A stretch of 56,632 nt of DNA, filler included, from Dugesia japonica (lineage: Eukaryota), in NCBI GenBank assembly GCA_001938525.1. It is 5 parts of 5 records of this genome, joined end to end, with 100 filler letters (N's around TTAATTAATTAA, not from the genome) between each part and the next. Parts side by side here need not be neighbours in the genome. Positions count along the whole stretch, not along the records: positions 47,533 to 56,632 come from MQRL01578424.1; 4 more parts are not named here. The stretch is one strand, 5' to 3'. How positions within the stretch are numbered: the first letter of the stretch is position 1; each line of letters begins with the position of its first letter. The notes beneath the pieces are model-generated. The model searched no databases. It was not told the DNA's origin and saw nothing but the letters and a program-made list of their open reading frames with translations. Shown here one piece after another: positions 47,691-56,632 of the stretch. The position numbers and the translations under genes were made by a program.

Positions 47691-49925
47691 GGTTACATGA
47701 TATTTAAATACGCGACAGATAATCACACGACACTTAAACACACGACTTTTAAACCCACAAACACTTAAACACACGACAGTTAAACACACGGACATATAAT
47801 CCCAGCGAAAGATCAACACGCGACACTTAAACTAATGAACATATAATTTAAGAATACTTTGTATATAGGCAGGCCCTACTAGAGAAGTGACGGTGCCTCA
47901 GGCCAAAAAAAATTTTGGAGCCCTTTTTTTTAAAATTTTTTTCCTTTTCAAATAAATTCAAGTTTTATTTAAATATTTAAGTCTTTGACATTGTTAATCA
48001 ATACTTACGATAAGCAATTATTGCACATAAGCGTTTCTTGNTTTTTTGATGCAAATTTATCAATTATATCATTATAATCTAATATTCTTGCCACATCACT
48101 ATTTATGTTAAGCATGCTCAATTCATTTAGTCGTTCTTGCGACATCGTAGATAGTAAATAATTTTTAATTCTCTTCTGTGCTGAAAAGTTCTCTCAGTTT
48201 CAGCTACTGTAACAGGAATAGTCAGAAAAATTCTTAAAATTACCAACAAACTTGGAAATATTTTTTCAAGATTCATTTCAATTATACCTTTGAAAAGATC
48301 TTTTGGCTTATTTGAATAAGAATTTGCAGCATGAATTGTTCTAAGAAATAATATTTCTTCTAATAGTTCATTAGTAATTTCATTCTGATATTTTTTGAAA
48401 ATATTTGAGCATTGAACATTCAAATCTATTACACTGATCTCAATGAAATTCTACAAAAAGTTAAATTTATTGCAAATATTGTTGATTGTCTCAAATCGAT
48501 CTTCTAAAGATTCAACAAGAGTGGAAANTATTTTTTGAAAACAATTTTTGTAATGATTTTCAACATCCTTTTCGTTTGCAAATTTTCTTTTAACTTCAAA
48601 TTTTTTAGGAATTGAAAATTTTGTGCATTCTGTTTGCTAACGCTGACAAATTTTTCCCAGCTAATTTCTTTGATTGTTACAATTCGCAAATATATTTTGA
48701 TTTAATCATTGTCAAAATTGGATGCCATATTGAATTCATTATAATCGTTTCATATTGTGATGTAAATTTTAACAATGATTTGCATGAATGAACTGCTGGC
48801 TTATCTTTATTTTCATGATCAGAATACTCATTTGAAGAATATTTAGAAGGATTATCATGAATTTGTGGAGATTGACATTGTTGATTAATTTTATTATCAT
48901 CACAAGAATCGCTTGCTAATTCTTCTTCTGTATTATTTTGATTCTCATTTGAAAAGAATGAAGTTATTTTTGCCGATGATTCGATTACAACTCTTTTATT
49001 TTCTGCATTTTTTCGCTTTTGAGGTCCACTTAAGTACGTTCGTTTTATGTCTAATTATTTGAAAAAAACTATTAAAATTCTTAACATACAAGCAATTATA
49101 ATTTCTTACCTGATTAGAATAATTTTTCTTTTTTCGCAATTTTTTTAAAATAAAAACAAATATTGATTAAAAACATATAATCAATTTAAAGCGTATAAAA
49201 AACTTTATAATATTGGAAAATTAAAAAACTAATTTCCAGTTATGTTTACTATTGTATCATATTTTACATAAATCTTTGAATAGCATTATTTTTAGACTTT
49301 TTTTCATAAGATATGCTAAACAAATTTATCATTTTTGGGGCCCCTGAAATCGCGGGGCCCAAATGGCCTACCGTCAAGTAGGGCCTGTATATCGCCCTAT
49401 AATTTCTTTTAGTTTCATCATCTTTCTCACTGGAATTTCTTGGATGGCATCTCAAAGGAGCTACAGAAGTAGAAGGCGAGTTTTCTGCAAGGAATATTCG
49501 GAGTCAATCAACTGCAAAGGAAGAAGTATCGGTATTTGAAGTGCCGTGTAGCCCGTGCAGTTAATCTTTATTTAGCAGTAGACGTTCTGCAGTTTTTGCG
49601 ATCAATAGTTCAACTGTATCACCAATAGTTGTTTATTAAATACATTGATTTTTCTAATTTTTTATTTTATTCCACGATTATTATTTATTGAATAATTTAA
49701 AATAAAACTTAGTTTTGTACCAAAACATTTTTAAATCTCTTTTACAACTTTTTCATTCGATTACTTTTATATGTATAGGATAAAACTATAGGCCTACATA
49801 CAAATTATTCTTAAATTATATGTTCATACGTTTAAGTGTTGCGTGTTAATCTGTTGCTGTGATTTTATGTCCGTGTGTTTAAGTGTCATGTGATTATCTG
49901 TCGCGTGTTTAAATGTCGGCACACC
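47691..49925. mobile_element. MULE/Foldback-like DNA transposon with long sub-repeated TIRs
   Basis: Perfect 8-bp TSD AAATTACC; TIRs of about 135-180 bp built from GACACTTAAACACAC-like units and starting GGT. Confidence 0.88.
47870..49387 (-). mobile_element. Internally deleted hAT (Tip100/ZMYM1-like) nested in the MULE-like element
   Basis: TIRs CAGGCCCTACT and AGTAGGGCCTG; TSD TATATAGG/TATATCGC; N-terminus KRTYLSGPQKRK..KITSFF; C-terminus IFPSLLVILRIFLTIPVTVAETERTF. Confidence 0.92.
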
Positions 49926-50709
49926 AAATTACCTTATCAAATAAGTTAAAAGCTATCATTTTATATTTGAATTATCTAATATTATAAAAATCTTAAACTC
50001 GCGCAACTGCTGATTTTATTTAACAATAATCTGTAAAGTATATCGACACTAACATATGAACAAACATTTTCACAATTTGATTGGTCAATTCTTTAAAAAA
50101 ATTACACTACTTACAATATGGTATTTACATTTGTAAGTAGCGAAAATTCAACTATCTTATTGAAGTGTTTATTTTAGCTACTATCCACTTATCGTAAATC
50201 TGCTTTAATGGTCTTACTTTGTCATGTATCATGTCTTGGCTGGCGTCAAGAATCGTTGTTTCTAGATTTTCTAAAGCAAAAGCGAAAAAAAGTCTTGAAA
50301 TGACATTATACTTGATTGTACGTATATAAATTCTATTAAATGTAAATTCATATTAAAACAAACGAAAATATAGCATCCATTGTAAAAGTTTATATTAATT
50401 CAATACCTATTTATCCTGACCTCGAGGTGAGGATGCAGTGCAATAGATTCAACTAGGGTGTAAAATAATTTTAAACTTACCCTGATTGTATGCTTTGAAT
50501 TTTTGATTATATTTTGGATTAAGTACTCATGGCGAATAATTTACCTAATTGTTTTTACAAAACATTTAAAATTTAAAATCTTTAACTATTAAAATTAATA
50601 TTTAAACAGAAATTAAATAAATCCTTTTTAATTACAAAATAACTTTAAAAATTTTAAAAGTTGATAGCTGTCCTCATATCATTTATGAAAAATTGAACAT
50701 TTTGTGGGG

Positions 50710-50919
50710 TTACTAGGCAATTTGATGTTAAGGCGAATTGCTATCCTGAAGTTTCACAAGTTCCTTGTCTCGTTCTTCCTGGTACTGAGTGAGTTCGGTC
50801 AGTTGTTGTTGGAAACGTTGTTTCTGTTAATCGACATTAAGTTCCAGATTCTCAAGAGTCTTTAACTTCTGTTGGAGCACATCTTCCTGATGAGCCATTT
50901 GTTTCTTCAACTCAATGAT
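50710..50919 (-). pseudogene. Coiled-coil coding fragment with in-frame stop
   Basis: cag|IIELKKQMAHQEDVLQQKLKTLENLELNVD*QKQRFQQQLTELTQYQEERDKELVKLQD. Confidence 0.4.
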
Positions 50920-51112
50920 CTGTGTGAGAATGATATTTGAATTGTTTGATTTCAAATTTATATGCGCAATTAAAATATTTATAAAGTTTTTGAAATTTAA
51001 AATATTTCAAGAAAATTATTAAAATAGTTATTGCGTATATTTGTTTGAATATTAANACTATTCTAATTCAGTTTTGTCAATTAATAGAAACTTTGTCATA
51101 AATAAATACTTT

Positions 51113-51775
51113 GTAACAGATTTGTTACGCCCGAGACCTTTTAAGTTAGGTGACAATCTTGAAAGATTCTTGAGCGACGTCGGTCGATTCTTCAAAGCTG
51201 CCAAAATTCCAAAAGATTTACAAGAAATTGTAATCGATAAGATGATTGATCAGAATCTTGAAGAAAGATTTGAAGCATAAGAGAACAAAGTAAATGGGTA
51301 TGAAGCTAGGCTACGACTACTGGTGGAAAGAGCAAAAGACGTTTTTGAAGACCTAGAAGAATTCATTCGTTACAAGCAGGGTGATACTGATAATGAGGTA
51401 TTCTTTCACGATATAGAAAAACTGGCAGATAAATTGCTTAGCCATAATCTGTCAAAAGAGCCGTTAATATCAGCACTCCTGATAAACGCAACGGCACAGA
51501 AGAAGGCAAAAAAAAGAGATTCTTGTGAAAAAAGTTTCCGAACCGGAAGAAATAAAAGAGCTAATCAAATACGTTTCAAGAATCGCGAAAAAGACAGAAG
51601 GAATAACCGTGATGCGTAGCTACAAGGAGGCATTATACACGGAACCAAAAAGAACGATACCAAGAATTCAGGAATCAACCTTCAAAGAGCCAAATACCAG
51701 AAGGGAGTTTAGAACAGAGAAAGTAGAATGTTGAAACTGTCACAAATTGGGACACATAAGTCGGGAGTGCCCAGA
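51113..51775 (+). mobile_element. Gypsy gag remnant ending in a CCHC zinc knuckle
   Basis: LLRPRPFKLGDNLERFL..YKQGD..RSYKEAL..C*NCHKLGHISRECP. Confidence 0.85.
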
Positions 51776-51789
51776 TATAACAAATTTGA

Positions 51790-52300
51790 ATAAACAAACA
51801 GTCTTAATTTTGGTTCTACATGGAGCCCACACACGTTTCTTTAATTTTTTAAATACTATTCTTCAATATTGGAAATTATTTTGTTGTTTCTAATACCAGT
51901 TTTGTGGAACTTCCATATTTCTGCTNAAAAGGCTATATTTGATTTGAAGCAAACTTTTAATATTCTTTTAATTATATTTTTGTTTTCGATAATTTTTTTC
52001 CACGATTTGGATGGTTGTGGTTGGAATTGAGCCAAGTGATCCAATTCTAGTTCAAAGTCAGGCTTCGCTATTTTCACTTTATTTTTTAGTAGATCATATT
52101 TTTCTAAATTTCTTTTGTTACACTCTTCAAAATTTTTTTCGGAGTCTATTGGGCATTTGACATCAATTAAATAAATTTTTTTTTCAACATCAGTTACTAT
52201 AACATCCACTCTTTACCTAGAATCCGAAATATATTTATTTATTCTATTGACCTCAACAATATCATTTGAGGTTTTTATCAAATTTATATTTCTATAAAAT
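51790..52300 (-). mobile_element. 5'-truncated RLE non-LTR retrotransposon (R2/NeSL/R4-like): endonuclease and 3' UTR
   Basis: RVDVIV..IYLIDVKCPID..RNLEKYDLL (PD-(D/E)xK and KxxKY pattern), AEIWKFH; stop at 51856. Confidence 0.82.
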
Positions 52301-53147
52301 TGTTATCTATTATATAAGTCATCATTTTATTGATAGTCATACATTTGTTAGATATTCCATAATGGAAAATTCAAGTGACTTCGTTTGTTTAAAGCAATAT
52401 CAAGTCGACACTATCGATTTTGGCATCCTTTTAAATTTTCGACCACTTTTATCAAAAATTGTTATTATACGACCCAGCATGTAAAGATTATCATTATTTA
52501 TCGCAAAACTTCTTTTATTATTTTGAGACAGGCTTGAACCACGCAACACAATTTCAGTTCTTAATTTTTGTGAAATTGGAAAAAATGAATGAAAACTTTC
52601 TTGAAATTCTATTTATCCAAAATCAGTGAATAAAAGCACACTTGGAATATTTTCTGAACTTATATTTATTTATTATATTTAATTCAATTTTATTTTATTT
52701 TTTCAAAATTTATATTATATCAAAATAAATACTTTAAATTTAAAAGATTAATATAATAAAAAATTATTTAAGCTTGCTTTTTGGCCATCTCGCACTCACC
52801 CCCCCCCCCAAAATTCAATACTACAAAGGTGGGGTTCGCTCTGACATATCATAGACGAAGAAGTCATCTATTAGTTTCCGTGTTCTCTAGATATTTTATA
52901 AGTATATTACAACAGACCACTTCTATATATACATGTTGTAACATCCAACTACTATTATTTAAATATGTCCATCGATCCATTAGTTTGTTTTAATGCATAA
53001 TTACTATTATTATTATATATTTCATATTTATTCAAATGGTTTATAAAAAACGTAATTTCAAGAACGAGAGAAGCAAAAAAATATTTTCATTCTTTAAATC
53101 GGATCAGTTGGAAAAGGAGGCCGCTGAACCATACGACCCTGGNGATT

Positions 53148-53390
53148 ATGATACAATATTATCTGAAATGTGCCGATCCAAAAACATTTAAGATCCATAT
53201 GGGAAAAAATAAAGGAGAATGTAATTTACCAGGGTACAATTTTTACGGTCCAGGAACAGATATGGAAAAGCGGACATGGTACGGCACTACAACGAAATCA
53301 GAACAATATCCAATAAATGATTTAGATTATCTGTATTGGCAACATGAGATAGAGTATTCGGATAGGTCTCTCGATAAACGGATACATTAA
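53148..53390 (+). pseudogene. Parvovirus VP1u-type phospholipase A2-like domain (Polinton/adintovirus PLA2X-like), truncated
   Basis: GECNLPGYNFYGPGT (Ca-binding loop) and PINDLDYLYWQHEIEYS (HDxxY with D changed to E). Confidence 0.8.
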
Positions 53391-53630
53391 TTTTGGGTTC
53401 TAATATATCAGTTTCAATATTGATTTCTTCACTTTTCTGTGAAGTGTTTTCGATTTCAAGCATTTCATTATCAGATTCTGATGTATTTTCATTTTCCACA
53501 ATAGTTTACATTCTTCAACTTTTACTTTCTTTAAATAACCTTCCAACAATTGGCTTGACTTTTTAGCTTCATTCTGTAGGATTTTTGCCTTTTTGAGATA
53601 CTGTGTACCACTTAATTTTTGTTTTGGCAT
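53390..53630 (-). mobile_element. hAT (Tip100-like) transposase N-terminal remnant
   Basis: MPKQKLSGTQYLKKAK..LLEGYLKK followed by an acidic tract, like the N-terminus near 49040. Confidence 0.5.
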
Positions 53631-54129
53631 TATTTTTATTAAAATTAACAAATAAATAAATTACTTAATCAATTTTTATATCAAGATTCATATTTTTAAA
53701 AATAAAATTATATTTTTTATTAATTGTATACAAAATTGTTTTATTTAAAAATTTATTAACTAGTATATGAAATTTCATGTCTATATTGTTCTAGCAATTG
53801 TTGGCTGGTCATCATCTGCCGCCACCCAGTAGGAATATGCTATCGAGAAGGTAAAGGTTCACTACATATGCATTTTTATCAACGACCACAGTATGAATGT
53901 TCAGATTTCAAAGAAACTTTTGTGGTATATTTATTCTTTGTGGAATTTGCATGGACGCATTTTAATAACTATTTTTCAGTTACGATTCGGTATACTGAAC
54001 TAATGCTTAGATTTGTAACAGCAGAGATTCATCTAATATGCTTTTGCATCTGAAGTACTGTTTTTCTGCTGATTGATTGAATAACGAATACGAAGGAACA
54101 AGAAAAACTTGTGACGGGCTTGTTAGAGC

Positions 54130-56620
54130 CAATTCTTTTTCAAAAGTATTTAAACACTGCGGAAAAATTGTCGGTGTTCCCGGTGCGGTTGAGATTGGCC
54201 TTTTAGAATGATAAAGATATCGTTGAAGAGTTGCAGAAATTAATTGTCTTTAGACGAGACAATTTAGAAGTGGACTCATTTATTAAAAAGGTGGAATCCA
54301 TGGTAGATAATATTTTTGCGCATAATATTGGTAAACGCTGCTGTAAATGTTAAATTACAAGAAGAAGTGATATTGCGGTAATTAACCTTTATGGGAGAAA
54401 TTAAACAAACATTGATATTACTGGATAAAGTAGAGGAAAAACAAAAACATATCAATGTGGTGAGAAGCTATTCTAATGCAGTGGGAAAAGGTGGGCAGAA
54501 GCAGGTATAAACCCTATGTCTGAAACCGGAAGACAACAGCAGAGTCAAAGAAAGTATGGAATGTTGGACCTGTCATAGACGTGGAGCACAATGTTCAAAG
54601 GGCAAAACAAGAGAGTTTTGGACAAGTCACACAGCAGGACATTTGAGCAGGGATTGTGTGGTGAAAACCAAAATGATTTGTTACGGTTGTGGAGAACTTG
54701 GTCATATGAGAGGGAATTGAACGAAAAAGAGATGTTTTTGGTGTGGCATAACGGGTCATATGGCAACAGAATGCCAAAGAAATGAGAGAAGAGACCAAAG
54801 GGTGGGCAATAGGTACGATAGTCTCCAGTATAGAAGTCGATACAACTATTTCTATACAATCGAATCAGATGAAGAAAAAGTCCAGAACGTGGAACGGTTG
54901 AAGTTTGCAGATGAGAGATCACGATACCCAAATGGAGGGGCTCTACTAATAGAGGAGTTTGTGGGAGCCATGCATTTAAAGAAACGGTCAGATATTATCC
55001 TCAGGTGGCAGAGAAATGGGAGAACAAAGGAAAGGTTGGTGAGAATGTGTATAGATTTTTGAAGAGAAAATTTTCAATAGGAACAGGAAATAGAATGGGT
55101 CGAACTGTTAATGGATGGACATCGGGTAGATATTAAATTTGATAAACTACAAGGTAGATCTAGTGTAACAGTGTGCTTCCAAGGTATAAAAGTAGATGGT
55201 TTATTGAATACGCGAGCTCGTAACAACGTTTTGGATGAGAAGTGTTTAAGAAATTGGCCTGGGACACGGATAGAATGGAGTACGGATAAATTAATATGCG
55301 CAAATGGTAGTGAATTGATAACAAAAGATAAAGTGCGGTTGAAAGTACAAGTAAGAGATGTGATTAAAGATGTAGAATTTGTAGTAGTTGAAAATTTATA
55401 TCCGGAGACTATTGGGGGATGAACTTTCAGAATGTTTTTGGATTTCGATTACGTCAAGAAATAAAATCGAGAAACAGACAAGTGGAAGAAGAAAAGATAG
55501 ATAGGATCGAAGCAAAATTTGGCAAAGAGATAAAAGCAGGGGAAAGATGGGCAAGGAAACGTCAGGTAGGTAAAAGTACATTTTAGGTATGGTGGACCAG
55601 TGAACAAAATACATAATAGTAGTTGCACTGGCACGACAGGACGAGGAGAAGATTCGAAAGGCAATCTTAGAGAAGTGGATTCTTAAATTCGGATACCCTA
55701 GAATTTTGAGAGTGGATTGTGGGGAATTGTTTGAATCGAAGGGTATCCAGGATTTTGCTATAGAATTGAGTATTCAAGTAGCAATATCAAGCCTGTATCA
55801 TTAAATTGAGAGACAATTTTGAACCTTAAAGGAATGAGTGAATACATCGATGCATGAAAGTGGAACGTCAAACTGGGCTGAATTATTGCCAGATGTAGAA
55901 TTCGTAATGAATGCAACTGTCCAGAAAACCACACAGAGAAGCGCAGCATGATTAATCTTTGGAAGACACATTAGCAGAGAGAGATAGTATGGCGATAGGG
56001 AAACTGAAAGGAAAATCAATGAAACAGATATTCCGACGAGAAGACAGTTTCAGGTTGGAGAGTGGGTATTAATGAAAAGAGAAAGAGGAGATAAAAGTCA
56101 GAGCAAATTCGTGGGTCTATACTGAATGAGAGAAAGGATACACAAGAGACGATTTCTAATAGAAGATAAAATGGGCAAGCAGATAGAAAGAAATATCGAA
56201 AAGATTAAAAAATTTCTCAAAGAGTGGGATGTGAGAAAATAACTATTTAAAAAATAATAATAACCTGTTTAAGAAATTATTATTAATCAAGTTGGCATTA
56301 TTGTTATTTATTTAAAGTGGACTATTTGGAATTTGTTGTTGGAGAATATTTTGTTGGTAGTGATTTCAAGTAAGAGTGTTTATCTTTTAAGACTTTTGTA
56401 ATCGTAATTATACTACAATTTTATCTGCTTTAATTTTTCATCTTAGTTGTAATTATTAATATTGTTATTATTAGTATTAATAAATTATATTTAATAAACT
56501 TAGTCGTATTTATTTATTTTCGGATATGCCTGAATAAAACTATAACAACTATTATTGAAAAAGAATTAAGAAATAAATTCTACAGATTGTAAGTGTTGCG
56601 TCGCCAGTATAATTACTACA
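54130..56620 (+). mobile_element. Gypsy derivative: gag with several CCHC knuckles, protease, integrase core, PPT and 3' LTR; no RT or RNase H
   Basis: CWTCH, GHLSRDC, CYGCGELGHM, CFWCGITGHMATEC; GLLNTRA..LICANGS; KYILGMVDQ..WILKFGYPRILRVDCG; FQVGEWV; AAAGAGTGGGA then TGTGAG at 56230. Confidence 0.9.
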
Positions 56621-56632
56621 TAACTTTATCCT

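Noticed and set aside
47700-47835. Regular ACACTTAAACACACG repeats as a CRISPR or iteron array
   Set aside because: They are mirrored at 49790-49925 and bounded by a perfect TSD, so they are TIR sub-repeats.
10860-50919. Alternative genetic code (TAA/TAG = Gln), suggested by in-frame TAR at Gln-plausible sites (19339, 25238, 45425-45930, about 50830)
   Set aside because: Mariner (YIID*, YIIN*) and PolB (HYLL*) end in TAA at their normal positions, the VAP exons use CAA for Gln, and CAA-to-TAA decay is expected in AT-rich pseudogenes.
7090-53390. One large integrated Polinton spanning the PolB and PLA2 pieces
   Set aside because: The fragments lie on different pieces separated by synthetic linkers; no TIRs, integrase, ATPase or capsid gene was recognised.
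1-56632. tRNA, rRNA, snRNA genes or telomeric arrays
   Set aside because: None recognised by eye; tRNAscan-SE and Infernal/Rfam would be needed to exclude them.

Overview
AT-rich eukaryotic (probably invertebrate) genomic DNA, heavily gapped and dominated by decayed transposons. It is not one locus: four identical 100-nt linkers (44 N + TTAATTAATTAA + 44 N) join five pieces (1-11895, 11996-21554, 21655-35212, 35313-47432, 47533-56632). One host gene is well supported, a spliced VAP/MSP-domain gene on the minus strand (25238-25975). The rest is Ty3/Gypsy LTR elements (one with both LTRs and a TSD), Penelope-like elements (PLEs) with GIY-YIG domains and minimal hammerhead ribozyme motifs, an RLE-type non-LTR fragment, mariner, pogo/Tigger, hAT and MULE-like DNA transposons (several with TIRs and TSDs), and Polinton/adintovirus-like fragments (protein-primed PolB, parvovirus-type PLA2). 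The best leads are the hammerhead-bearing PLE ends in back-to-back pairs, the truncated MSP-only VAP paralog, the endogenous Polinton/adintovirus pieces and a repeat carrying RFX X-boxes. I found no demonstrably novel multi-gene system. All calls come from reading motifs by eye, and boundaries of decayed elements are approximate.
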